A stretch of DNA of 62,243 bases, filler included, from Nemertoderma westbladi (lineage: Eukaryota > Animalia > Xenacoelomorpha): NCBI GenBank assembly GCA_032718475.1. It is 3 parts of 3 records of this genome, joined end to end, with 100 filler letters (N's around TTAATTAATTAA, not from the genome) between each part and the next. Parts side by side here need not be neighbours in the genome. Positions count along the whole stretch, not along the records: positions 1 to 29,205 come from JAUCBJ010006574.1; 2 more parts are not named here. One strand, 5' to 3'. Below, in pieces: positions 10,620 to 22,389 of the stretch (position 1 is the first letter of the stretch; each line of letters opens with the position of its first letter). The notes under the pieces were generated by a model. It was given only the letters and a program-made list of their open reading frames with translations, did no database searches and had not been told where the DNA came from. Both the position numbers and the translations under genes were made by a program.

Positions 10620-12089
10620 TTAATCGACCCTGAGAACGGCCCGTATTTTATACGGTTTTGGTTGTAAAGTAAATCCGGGTTCGGGGTCGTGGAGACTCGG
10701 AAGATCACCGGAGGGATGCAGGGTGAACCGGTGGAGGAGGTGACTGCTAAACAATCGAAACTCCATCTTAGCGAGTCGCTCCCCGGCACAGACGCGGGGT
10801 CCGATTCCAAACGGAATGAATTCCTCCCGCCGAATCAAACACGATTCATCGGTCGATAGGAAATGTTGGGGAAAAAACTCCTCGGGTTTCTCCCAGATTC
10901 CAGGATCTCGCATGACGTTCCACAAATTAGCGATAATCAAGTCACTAGGGTATATGGTGTAATCGTTGAATTTCAACTCGTGTGAAACCTTGTGAGGCAC
11001 AGGTGTCGGGGCAATAACCCCAAATCGCAAAACTTCTAACAAACAAGCCTCGAAATATGGCATCTTAGAGAAATCTTCGAGAGTTGGGAGTCTATCCCTT
11101 CCGATATTTTCGTCTAATATTCGCTGACACTTCCTCTGGATATTCGGATAGACCACCATGACGAGGCCGAACCAGTACATTGAACTAGCTGTTGTCTCAG
11201 AACCAGCTAGGAAAATGTCGCTTATTGAAGTGACCAGGTTTTTGTCCCTGAAAAAAGATGCCGTTTCTGTCTGCCCTAAATCCATCCATTTTTTCTCCTC
11301 TATAATGTGACAATCAATATAATCTCTAGGCGAACTATAATCTATTGTTGAGCGGTGCTCCGTGATCTTTCTTTTAAAAATCTCATTCATTTTATATCTT
11401 AATGTATATCGATTTGTTTTATCGCTGAGGAACAAATTAGCGAGAAATTCTGGTATTATGGCTAAAATAGGGTTAACCCGAAATTGTAGATTCACTAAAT
11501 CATTAAGACAATTAAATTCGTCGTCGTCATAATCAAATCGTTCAGGAAACACAACACTACTAATAACATTAGAAACCGCCTTCCCAACAATTTTACAACA
11601 ATCAAATTCCACCCCATTCAACTTGGCAATCCAATCATTAAGCATACCAGCCTCTTCCACAATGCGGTTCTCGAAGCTACTTTTACCCAGATAGAACTGT
11701 CGTAACACAGACATAAACAGCTTTCGCTGGTGAGTCCAAAGATTACCACTCGATACAATAATTCCATCAGGGAGTTCGTATTTATCGTGTCGGTTAGAAA
11801 ACAGTCCGCCATTTTCAACAAACGCTTGTTTAATGACAAGGAACGAATTCAGGACGATAACTGACGACGGGCCTGGAATTCGCACACGAATAATATCCGA
11901 ATTAAGTTCTTTGCACCATCTGGACCACGCGAGTGTTCTATTGCTGCGCGTGTTGTATAAACCAATGAGATTACCGATGATAGGCAGTCCCGGGGGGGTT
12001 GGAGGCCGGACGGACTTGTGTCGGTTCGAAATTAAATATAGGACAATGATGAAGGCAATTACAATCAAAAAAATACTAATGAAATCCAT
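10620..12089 (-). CDS. Cytochrome P450, clan 2 (CYP2-like), intronless CDS, 489 aa
   Basis: N-terminal TM anchor, PPTPPGLPIIGNL, WTHQR, AGSETT, EVLR, PEEFFPQHF, heme motif FGIGPRVCAGE. Confidence 0.96.
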   Translation of the reverse strand: MDFISIFLIVIAFIIVLYLISNRHKSVRPPTPPGLPIIGNLIGLYNTRSNRTLAWSRWCKELNSDIIRVRIPGPSSVIVLNSFLVIKQAFVENGGLFSNRHDKYELPDGIIVSSGNLWTHQRKLFMSVLRQFYLGKSSFENRIVEEAGMLNDWIAKLNGVEFDCCKIVGKAVSNVISSVVFPERFDYDDDEFNCLNDLVNLQFRVNPILAIIPEFLANLFLSDKTNRYTLRYKMNEIFKRKITEHRSTIDYSSPRDYIDCHIIEEKKWMDLGQTETASFFRDKNLVTSISDIFLAGSETTASSMYWFGLVMVVYPNIQRKCQRILDENIGRDRLPTLEDFSKMPYFEACLLEVLRFGVIAPTPVPHKVSHELKFNDYTIYPSDLIIANLWNVMRDPGIWEKPEEFFPQHFLSTDESCLIRREEFIPFGIGPRVCAGERLAKMEFRLFSSHLLHRFTLHPSGDLPSLHDPEPGFTLQPKPYKIRAVLRVD

Positions 12090-12210
12090 ACTTATAGGAC
12101 CTGCAGGAACTACTGTAATCTAAGTTAGGCTCACTTTATGTATGTCAGTACAGCTGTACACTGTACAGTATTATGATTGATTACGGAAACATTTAATTAT
12201 ATTGGTAGGG

Positions 12211-13442
12211 CAGGGACGGATTAAGGGGGGGGCAACAGGGGCAGCTGCCGGGGGCCCGTAAGTTGGAAGGGGCCCGCAAGTTGAGAGAAATTTACAGCAC
12301 ATTATCTCACTGACAGACTGATAAAACAACCTAATTTATTTATTTATTTCTGGCTGTTCAATAAATATTTATATCTCACATATAGCACCATTGATAGACA
12401 GATACGATTAGAGAATGCCATTGAAATAAAATAGAAGGGCCCTTAAATGGTAGGCAACGGATAGCAGAAGCCAATGTTGTAAATATTCATTCCAGAACAT
12501 GTAATTATTTAACTTGAGAGTGAACCAGTAGTTGGATAAGCAAGGAGTTGCATTTACTATGTTACCTCGATTCGGCTACCCAGACTGGACTCGCAGCTAC
12601 TACTGTATGCCGCTAGCCAGGCAACCAATAGGGTGAAGGAGAGTTGATTATATTGGCTGTCTGGCTAGCGGCGTAGCTGTCTGTGGTTGCCAAGTGAAGG
12701 AGGTTAATGTGCTGAGCGAAAGGGCTTTCCATCCAATTGTAACAATGATATTGCATTGGATTGGTACGTTAATTATAAGTGTATTAAGTGCTCATAATAC
12801 AGTAGTATCGTAATCATTATTGTATTGTTAATAATATTTTAATTATTTTAATCACTGCGCTGATTCTTCGGAAGTAAATTTTATTTTGTTTCTTTCTTTT
12901 TGCATAATTAAATTACTTAAAGCCGCGCCGAGATATACACAATATCCCATAAAATGTTTAAAATACTGTTTAAAGTGTTTAAAAAAATGTTTAAAGGAAA
13001 ACGTTAGCAAAAATTTGGATTTGAATGAATAGTAATTTATTACTGTATTACAATTATTAACATTTTACTTTTCTTTTCAATTAGATTTATCTGAAATCAT
13101 TCACGAGTTCAGTAGTCACAAAGGATGGCAAAACGCGTTTTTTAAGTAATTTTTGTATCTAATTCATTGATTTGCCGATTATTTTCAAAATTATATCACA
13201 ATCAATCAAAGTCACACATTATTTCTCAGAATCTGTCAGAATGTCAGTCGTACCTAAATATACAATTGATTGATGTCTTTTGGTGTAAATTTTTTGGAAA
13301 AAATAATAATTACTTTTTACCAACGGGGTCCAAAATTTTTTGCAATTGGTTTTCGTGGGGGGTGGGTGGGGGGGGAATTGGTGGGTTAGGGGCCCGTAAG
13401 TTGCGACTGCCGGGGGGCCAGAAAATCCATAATCCGTCCCTG
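12211..13442. mobile_element. Non-autonomous hAT element
   Basis: TIRs CAGGGACGGATTA/TAATCCGTCCCTG; 8-bp TSD TGGTAGGG (12203-12210, 13443-13450); subterminal GGGGCCC repeats. Confidence 0.92.
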
Positions 13443-13612
13443 TGGTAGGGTGCTATTATAATTAAACATACACCTAATATAATGTAGTATTATTTGTATT
13501 TGTAACTTGGGTTAGACCCATACCCATATAGCCCTTCAATTACACATTATGATGATCAATTGCTCCTAGAAGTTGTTGTATATTATACCCTGTATTGAGC
13601 CATAATAAAGCT

Positions 13613-15080
13613 TGTGGGGCGAGCGACGAAAGTAAGCGAGCTTAGCATACCGGTACCACTAACTCAATCGGTGTGTCTGTCGTTCTGTCGTGTCCAACAT
13701 TAAACGTTAATAACTCAGCCAAATCTCGATGAAATCTATCCAAACTTGGTACACATGTTGTTTGGCAAAAGTTTAGACATTTTCCAAGTTGAATTTGCGT
13801 GTGGCCTTCGAGAAGCTAAGATAATAGCAGTTCGTTAATTAAATTAAAATTAATGAAGTTGGTAAGGGTAAAAACAGAATTTCTTACATTATGTCAACAT
13901 AACAGCGTTCTGGTGAATTACTCGTAACGCTGCAAAGTACTACTTTGCAGCGTTGCGGCCTATAGGACGGATCGCTGCAAAGTAACAACTTAAATTACCG
14001 TATTCCAGAATTTATTATTTCCATTTACATTAATGTTTGCAAAGTGCGTGCGTCCAGTTTGCAGTAACGGGACTAGCTACTGTATGTAAATAATTGTGAC
14101 TCAGTTTGCTAAAACCCAAATCAAATCAAATCCAAGCTGGAGATAACTTCCAATAAACTTTAATTAGATTTAAATGTATAATTAATACTGTGTACCTGTT
14201 AATAAATTTCACTTATATTCGATATAGTACATGATTAAAATGTATAAATGAGCATCCATAAAATCCTTTCTTCACATACCGAACGCTGATAAGTTGTGAC
14301 ATAATGTAACAAAATTACATACATCATTGCTTGCAAAGGTCACTTTTCAGCGTTAAAGACCCTTGTTTATTTATGTAAACCTCCCTCGCTGCGCTCGCTC
14401 AGTACATAAATAAATTCGGGTCATACATAACGCTGCAAAGTGCTACTTTGCATACAATGATGTAAATAGTTATTTCAACATGACTTTTAATGGAAATTAA
14501 TTCTTTTATAGTACTTTTATACTTAAAAATTATACAGCTGTAATCCCCATACCCAATTCCATTAAGAGTTTTTAATTAGTTCAAGTGATTTGCTTTAAGA
14601 AATGTGTTTTTAATTGATCTAAACGTAATTAAGTTAAAATGCATTCCATCACTCTATTCTTCCAGCTCCATCACTCCTTGGCATTCTTAATATTGCCTAT
14701 TAGATGGGAACCCAGTATCACTACTATCGGCATAAGGTAAGTTTTAATAATTTTTACAAATTGGGTTGCCTCCGCACATAAAAATATATTACTTTTAAAA
14801 CACAAATTTCCCGTTAATACCTCTGCCTTTCATTAATCCTATGTGCTCCTTTGGGTTGGGGTGGTGCAGATTAAAAGGACGGTTGAAGCAAGGGGGGAAC
14901 TTTCCTCTCTTCTTTGATTTATTCTTATTGGCGGTTTGGTTAAATTTCTTAATTACTTATTTAAATTTCTTAAGTACCGACTTTGAGATAGAATTGCTCA
15001 ATATTAATCTGTATCCGATATCTGAACCTCGTCCTGCGCGAAGGCCCCACGAACGTGTTTAAAATGTAGACAATTTCCTC
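13613..15080 (+). mobile_element. Helentron/DINE-like non-autonomous repeat with nested insertion
   Basis: TGTGGGGCGAGC start, CTGTC microsatellite, AAACTTGGTACAC; homologous to 42084-42650, partial copies near 17502 and 49300(-); right boundary approximate. Confidence 0.55.
14320..14464. repeat. Imperfect 145-bp palindrome (foldback DNA-element remnant)
   Basis: TACATCATTG...CAGCGTTA..GACCC..TTTATTTATGTA pairs with TACATAAATAAA..GGGTC..TAACGCTG...CAATGATGTA around a TCGCTGCGCTCG loop. Confidence 0.7.
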
Positions 15081-15490
15081 ACCAATATTACCATCCCCAT
15101 CCCCACCCCCACCCCATCCCCACCACCATCCCCATCTCCATCCCCATCACCCCATCGTTTAATTTATATCACTTGTTGATTGAGATACAAATTCATGATG
15201 TCGTAAAGTTATCAAGATATTTAATGATCAATCATCTCAATAATTAACGCTTTAGTCTCTAATTAATTCCAAATAAATTACAACACTAAACACTACATTT
15301 ATAATAAATTAGCTAATAAGCCTACTTACAGTATACATAGGCCTACATTAGTTATATCGCTTATATTAGGCCTAGGCCTACATGGTACGCGTGCAATATT
15401 AAATAAACTATGATGTCAAAAATATGTTAGAGATGTTGTTGGTCTTTGTTTATTGTTGCTTTGGCAATGTGTTCGTTGTTATTCTTGATG

Positions 15491-15697
15491 TCATTTGTAG
15501 GGGATGTCTTAGCTTGTTTCTCTGGCATCCCATACATGGATTCCGTGTGATCCGCTAAGGGGCGTTTGTAGTACTGTTCCTCGAAGTTGTTGTTGACGCT
15601 GTACATGAGACCGTAGAAGCTGGAATAAGATTGGTTGGCTGGTTGGGTGTGGTAAGCCGAGTAGTATACCTGCGACTGGTTGTGGCCCGTAGTATCA
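15491..15697 (-). CDS. RFX4: RFX4 probable last coding exon (Y/Q/S-rich C-terminus, TGA)
   Basis: TTGCAG acceptor; phase-2 join to exon 17351-17456; DTTGHNQSQVYYSAY...HPYK*; sequence poorly conserved. Confidence 0.6.
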
Positions 15698-16060
15698 CTG
15701 CAATGTAAATTAAAAGGTTGTTGGAAATTTGCAAATCAAGTAACTATTCCCGGTAAAAACTTAACGCAAAGTTTGCCTTGTGTATATGTGAATAATGTTA
15801 CATCATACTGTATATGTTACAATAATATTAATAATAATATCCATTATTCACATTAAGTAAAATTTTGCGAAGTTTATGTTTTAAATTACCATTGATCATA
15901 GCTAACTATAGCTACGAGTACCTTGAATCAAAGACAAGAAAATGGTCATGGCTGACCATTTTGGATAAGGGTAATATTGGTTGAAGTATTTTTCAGGTCG
16001 CGGATGGCTGACTGCCTCTCCTCCAAATACATCTCACAGGATCAATATGTGCAATACATT

Positions 16061-16074
16061 GTTGTTATGGTAAC
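16061..16074. promoter_or_regulatory. RFX X-box
   Basis: GTTGTTATGGTAAC matches the RFX palindrome (GTTGCCATGGCAAC type), ~215 bp upstream of the nested ORF. Confidence 0.55.
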
Positions 16075-16287
16075 ACAAAAATACATTCAAACGTACATTA
16101 ATTTTAAGTATCAATTTATTATTTAATAATAGTTTTATACTAAGCAACGACTGTTACTGTAGTAGATTTAAGAGACTACTCAAATTTCAATGCATCGTCC
16201 ACTCACGGTAACATATCGCCGCCATATAGGTCTACTGCAATGCAAGCATGTTAAAAATTACTCCTTTTTGTATCTATTCCGTGAAAA

Positions 16288-16953
16288 ATGTCTCTGGATC
16301 ACCCCAGTGCCAGAATGATGAACCACGTTCCAAGGTTCGAGGATGTCAACAGTTACTCCGTCCGTCAATCATTCAAACAACCTTTCCGGCCAAATTCCCG
16401 CCCCAACAGAATGACGCATGTCATCCGACATCCCAAAGACTACCTACGCAAACCCACATATTGTCGCAACAAACCCACTCAGAAATTCAATAACCCTCTG
16501 TGGTACCTTGGATACGCCGGAAAAACAATGGCAAAACCCACGGCGCGATCTACCGACGTGGTTCTCTCTGAAATACTCGGGGCGGATCGCAATAAACACA
16601 AATACTCGGATGCTTGGAAACTGTTAGGAGACAAGAGACCCCGCAACGGTCATTATAAGAGATCGCCGCGTCCACAGTGGACTGGATTCCAGGAAAACAT
16701 AAATCCCAAACGAGAAGCTACGAAACGGCCTCCCGAACTGCCCCATATTTGTTCCCCGAAAGTTAAATATCGTAGGTACAATACGGGGTTGCCAGTGGCT
16801 GTACGAAACTATACAACGGATGGATTCGAGAGCGCCCCGACGTGGATGTGTATGGAACCCGCTGAGAAGGCGGGGGATAATGTGTCGCAATGGCAGAAAA
16901 CCAGAACTCGTATTCATTTTACGAAGCCATTCGACCCAATTGAAGAACTTTAG
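16288..16953 (+). CDS. Uncharacterised basic Pro/Arg-rich 221-aa protein, nested antisense in the last RFX4 intron (possibly ciliary/sperm)
   Basis: Single-exon ATG-TAG ORF, GC-elevated relative to flanks, no TE motifs, upstream X-box. Confidence 0.6.
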   Translation: MSLDHPSARMMNHVPRFEDVNSYSVRQSFKQPFRPNSRPNRMTHVIRHPKDYLRKPTYCRNKPTQKFNNPLWYLGYAGKTMAKPTARSTDVVLSEILGADRNKHKYSDAWKLLGDKRPRNGHYKRSPRPQWTGFQENINPKREATKRPPELPHICSPKVKYRRYNTGLPVAVRNYTTDGFESAPTWMCMEPAEKAGDNVSQWQKTRTRIHFTKPFDPIEEL

Positions 16954-17350
16954 ACCACAGATTTGCATTTACATTTATATTATCTTAATCTTAATCTTAA
17001 AGTCAATCTTAATGACTTGTAGCCCATTATACTAATACTAAAGTAACTGTAATATTTTAGTCTGCAGTACTTAATCCTATCACCAATTAATTATACAGTA
17101 CGTTCGGTACATTTACTATAATTTCAGTTCCGTCTTATAATTCTGACTAAAATTAACGAAAAAAACAAATAATCACCATATTTTTGTGATCTGCAGTTCT
17201 ATATTTTTCTATATTGTACATTTGTCAGGCAGGATACATCCGTATACAGTATAGTTTTACTTATTCAAGGGGACAGTACCAAACTGTATATAATTAATGG
17301 CCTATTTTATTTCTGTTTGATATTATAAATAATATATTGCTATAACTCAC

Positions 17351-17456
17351 CCAGGAGTACCCGTTTGTCTCATCTGCCTGTTCACACCTTGGTCTGGCGT
17401 CGCCACTGCTGAACCCCCTTGTTGCATCACGTAATTGAAGTAAGCGCTTTGGTACC
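17351..17456 (-). CDS. RFX4: RFX4 exon (C-terminal region)
   Basis: TTTAG acceptor, GTGAGT donor, phases 1/2 compatible with neighbours; YQSAYFNYVMQQGG. Confidence 0.65.
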
Positions 17457-17819
17457 CTAAACAAAAATATTTATTCATTTACATTCCAACTATAATTATA
17501 CTTGTGGGGCTAGCCACGAAATTAAAGAGCTTAGCATAAGGGTAGGCCTACCAAATACTATCTCAACCTCGTCACTGTCTGACGGTCGGTCGGTGTGTCT
17601 GTAGGTCTAATCTTTGAAAGCTGATTTATCAGGAACTCTCCTCTTTCTTAAACTAAAACTTGGTTTAGAAAGTTTACATACAGACAGACTTCTACAGTTC
17701 GTCTGTCGGCCGCTAGGGGGCTAACATTCCTTTAGTTGTATTCCGTTCAAGCTGAAACGTGGCATATACAGTACTACTGCTGCTCTAAACTCTAAATAAT
17801 CGCATCTTACGTTTCCGAT

Positions 17820-18367
17820 GAATTCTATGTGACTTTCAAATCCTGGAAAGCCTATTCAAGGCTGCCCATGCCTTTCCCTTACGTATTCGAAGGTCCTCAC
17901 CTGACTTCCGGATCCATGATCCCAGGTAACAGAAGTCGTCCACATGCTCAAGCATACCATCCTTTGAGCTTATGCTCATCCGGTCAGAGACTTGGTGAGG
18001 ACTTTCAAAGTTAACTGTCAAATCTTTGGTCTTTTTGGAGTTAATAAAAAGACCAAAACTAGAAGCAGCCTGTTCTAATAAGCTGAGGAGCCGTTGGGCT
18101 CCCTCTAGTGATTCTGAGAGTACTCCTAAGTCATGAAGCAAAGTCTAGATCAGTTCGGTAATTGGCGGGATTTCCTCGACTTCTGGAGCCAGTAGGTGGA
18201 GTTACCATCGCCTTATCATCATTGTGATGATCTAAGGACATGCGTAGAATATAGTCAACCACAATTATGAACAAGAATGGCGCAAGTGTGTCTCCCTGGA
18301 GGACTCCCCATAACACTTCAAATGGTTCTGTGTCACCGTCAACAGTAGACACAAATGTTGCCGACAT
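17820..18367 (-). mobile_element. RTE-clade LINE reverse transcriptase fragment (frameshifted)
   Basis: GVLQGDTLAPFLF, DLDFA, VDDFCYLGSWI, RKGKAWAA. Confidence 0.88.
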
Positions 18368-20208
18368 TTGAACTGTGCACCAGGTTTAACACCCCTGTGA
18401 GCCGATCTTAAGAGTTAAATATAAAGGTAAGGTGGCAGTCTATTAGATATCATGGATTCCATTCTCTCCCAGTCAAGCTATATAGCTATTCAACTTAACG
18501 CTTCTTCGTAAAGCTTTGGAGAGTATTTTATCAAGGTCTGTTACATTTACGTTATTTGTAAGCCTGCTTATTTATTATATTGCTTCACAACCCTAAGTTT
18601 CAGTCAAATGGCGTCTGGCTGCTGCATCCACTATCGAAGATGTCGTTGTAATTTCAAGAAATCTAAGTCAAATTTGAGATCAAAGAGATTACATTGACCT
18701 TATATTGGGTAACGCCATATGTCTGGGGTCTTTGAACTGTACATACCCAGCAGCTAAAACGTATCTAAACTTTGCTCCAGTTATAACCACCGGACTAATT
18801 CCATTGTCATTAGCTGGAGACCCCCCGCCAACTCTCTATTATTATTGTCATCAACTGTTGCTTCTCATTGTCCGTGAAGGGGTTGGCACAGGGCCACAAC
18901 TGTTACAACCCTAATCCCATTCGCTATTGTTGCAATCCGAGAAGGTATGACGATTTACCGGGCTGTTTAACTAACTGGAAATCGGAGGGATTAATTCATG
19001 CAGTTAATGAGTGCTGCTTTGTTCGATTAATATACTAGGCTGGTCGGTACCAGTCGACCGTTCCGTTTCGTTTCAACACCTTTTCGCCTCCGGTCTCTTC
19101 TAATGCCCCTCACAAATATTTAAGAAAAGGAATGTATTTAACATTTCAGTTACAGTGCTTCACCACACCTACGGTAAATTTAATTTTGAATATAAAAATT
19201 CTACAGTTTATAATTTGAATTTACATTTTAATTATATATTTGATATAAGTTTTATTTATTTCAGTTACATTTTAAAACTGATTGGTAATTAATGTCTCCA
19301 TCATCATTGCCTTATATTTTCAATTCATTGCAAATGTATATCTTCACGCAAGATCTTCACGCAAGTAACCGGTATGCAATTAACCCAAATCCTGATAGCG
19401 ACAGCCTTCAAGGCATCATTCCGAACTCTATTGCCAGATTTAACTTATTCCCATCCCCAACTCGCTGTTAATCTGTGTATATAGTACCTACAGCTACAAT
19501 ACAGATTATATTTTATCAAACTGTGTTGGTCTACAGGGATATTTTAGTTCATTTTATTTTAAAGACTATCTACAGGGCCCAGATAGGGGGGCTTTCGACG
19601 CATAAAAATTCATCCTTCTCCAGGGGAAATTCGACGCAAATAAAAGCTGATTACTCTCAAAAATAAAACTGTAACCTGTTCCATTGTGTTTATTTTATTG
19701 TTTTGGTTAAAATAACGTGCCACTGTAACCTGCTCCTTTCCCTGAATTGAGAATTTAACATTGAGACGGGATATTAATTTGCCAAGATGGGATTTGCGTC
19801 CAGTCCCCCCCCCCCCCCCCCTGTCTCACTGGGCATTAATCGAATTAGTAAAGTTATATATTGCATCTCATTGCGTGAATTTTTCAGCGCTGTATCTTAC
19901 CGGGATTGGTCGGCCATTTCGTTTCGTGAAACTGCGGTGAAGTCGGATAGACAGATCGCGGAGTCCGTCGGTTGGAATCTTTGGGAGTCGTTCGTAAAAC
20001 GTTGTCATGGTAATCTAAATAAATAGCAACAAGTTTAGGTCGCATAGTTACTGGAAATTGTGCAATCTGTGAATCTAACATGAAGCCTGATTGTATATAG
20101 TAGCGTAATATTATACAAAATGTTATAAACGCACTAAGAGAACATAGAAAACGCATTAAGATATGTAGTTGAACAAAAAATAGTAAATATTCTATCCATG
20201 GATATATA

Positions 20209-20298
20209 ACAATAGATTCCAGATTAAGGTCCTTTCAAGACCTGTATTATTTAACAATAGATTCCAGATTAAGGTCCTTTCAAGACCTGTATTATTTA
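20209..20298. repeat. 45-bp tandem duplication in RFX4 intron
   Basis: ACAATAGATTCCAGATTAAGGTCCTTTCAAGACCTGTATTATTTA occurs twice. Confidence 0.85.
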
Positions 20299-20345
20299 TT
20301 AATATCAGGTCATGGTCCCATCACATACGGTATTACTTTACTAAC

Positions 20346-20468
20346 CTGTTCTCGAAAGTTCGCCATTAATTAACTTAAACAGTTCCTTGGTTCGTTCTTG
20401 AGAGTTGATTGACTCAACAATGTATTGGATATAATCGTCGCACATTAAATGAATTAAATGAAACGAAC
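20346..20468 (-). CDS. RFX4: RFX4 exon (end of dimerization domain)
   Basis: GSFHLIHLMCDDYIQYIVESINSQER, RFX4-type rather than RFX6-type; AG/GT bounded, phase 1-1. Confidence 0.92.
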
Positions 20469-20588
20469 CTAAATATAAACAAAAGTAAAATTAAAATGGT
20501 AGACATGCAGAAATATAATAACAATCATTGTGATTTATATATTTTATACTTCTTATTTTAATTTGAAACTTAACGAAAAATAACTTAC

Positions 20589-20801
20589 CAAAACTCGCGG
20601 CTCCTTGGAGAGTTAGATCGCGTATAATTCTCGTCCCGAAACAAGACCATATGAGTAGGAACTGTCTAGTAATGTGTCTGCACCTGTTGGGTGTTTCGTA
20701 ACTGGGGTCCTTCACACATCTCTGCACCATTGAGTCCATCCATTCTATATAAGCGTCCATGGAACCTTTGCTTTGGAGAATATCCTCAAACTCATTGCAC
20801 A
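20589..20801 (-). CDS. RFX4: RFX4 exon (dimerization domain)
   Basis: AYIEWMDSMV...RQFLLIWSCFGTRIIRDLTLQGAASF; phase 1-1. Confidence 0.93.
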
Positions 20802-21261
20802 CTGTAAGGAACACAAATTGTTAGTTCAATTACTCCTGATATATTTTACGAACTTGAATGTCCCTCTTAATTAAGGGCTGAAACTCTTAATCGCATAAAA
20901 GCTTTAAATATAACAGAGATGAGGCTACTGTAGCATGCATAATATAGATTCACACGTATACTTATTAGCGCTCCAAATAAAATTATACCATATTATTATC
21001 ATTTTGAAATTAAAGTTTCACTAACATTGTGATTGGCAAATTGTTACATTATGAAATTATTAAATTTAATGAGATCAAATAGTATGAAAATTCACTATTA
21101 AAGAGACTCGTTTCTTTATGTAAATTTCCTTCAGTGCTCGAGTGGTTCATATCGCCGAAAAGTGATTATTTTCACGGAAAGGTTTTAATAAGTTATTAAA
21201 TCTGTCAACATAAATTATTTTATATTTAAAATTACTTGAAGAAGATGGGTATAATACTTAC

Positions 21262-21465
21262 ATGCAATAAGTAAATCATAGTAATTCTGTTTGCAGCAAT
21301 CCATACTGTATAAAGTCTGTCTGATTATTGAATTTAAATCGATTGTCTGCCAATCTTCCAACATCTTTGAGGTCATATCATTGGAACCGATTACCGTTTT
21401 CGAAGCTTGGCACAAGTGATTCAGGGAGAGTTGTCGCTTGAGTACTTGAGAGAAACGATGGGCCA
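21262..21465 (-). CDS. RFX4: RFX4 exon
   Basis: RFSQVLKRQLSLNHLCQASKTV...MLEDWQTIDLNSIIRQTLYSM; phase 1-1. Confidence 0.93.
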
Positions 21466-21683
21466 CTGCGCGAAATACGATAAAATTATAAAATAAAATA
21501 AAGTTATATTATTTAAGTAATAAATAAACTCCGAAGGAGAAAAATAAAAAAAATAGCCAGTGATACCTTACACATAGGTAGTTCTCACATACAAGTACAA
21601 ATCAGAAGTACAAATCGTTGACATGATCTGATCATATATATAAATGAGAAAGCTGGAGGAAATGTGTATATAAATAAGCTTAC

Positions 21684-21834
21684 AATCAAATTTCATAACG
21701 CGTAGATCGTTGGGTAATCCCTCCATTGATATATCCAGCCAGGAGTTCATAGAGGATGCGAAACCTTTAATTACTTGAATCAGGCTCTCGGGTAAGGGCT
21801 GCATGATATTGGGCATGAGTACGCCACATATAGC
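21684..21834 (-). CDS. RFX4: RFX4 exon (C domain)
   Basis: AICGVLMPNIMQPLPESLIQVIKGFA...LPNDLRVMKF; phase 0-1. Confidence 0.92.
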
Positions 21835-22147
21835 CTGAAAAACAATAATAAAAGGCAACATATAACCTGAAAGAACACTATGAGTACGCCACATATAGCC
21901 TGAAAGAACAATAGCAAACGACAATAAGTACGCCACAAGTGCGCCACATATCTTGAAACAACAATAACAAGTGGATAAAAGTACACACATACATTAAACA
22001 GCAAACTACAGAATATAAGGATGCCACATTCACTGTAATAGGCAAGAGGAACACGGTACAGTAACAGAGATGCGTCACAGACAAGCATTTAATTAAAGAC
22101 CACGATAGTGAAATTATAAAATTAATATACCAGTAACTTCACATTAC

Positions 22148-22339
22148 CTTGTAGAGAATAGAATCACAGATGCCCACTAAATGAACAATGATTGGTTTGT
22201 GAATAATAGAGTTTACATGGGGCGGCATTCCTTGCCAGAAGTGTAGCAGGAAGTTGTGGACATCGTCGAAGTTAGCTCGGATAACGGTGTCCAATATCCT
22301 CTGACAATGGGTCCGGTACATCATCATAAAGGTGACAAC
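22148..22339 (-). CDS. RFX4: RFX4 exon (B domain); upstream DNA-binding-domain exons not in this contig
   Basis: [39 protein letters not shown]...GICDSILYK; phase 0-0. Confidence 0.95.
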
Positions 22340-22389
22340 CTAATAAATATATAATTATTAATTATTTAATTGGTGACGGGTTAAATAAA

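Noticed and set aside
15890-16032. Extra RFX4 exon or divergent gene next to the X-box
   Set aside because: A donor-like site exists, but no frame is open and phase-compatible
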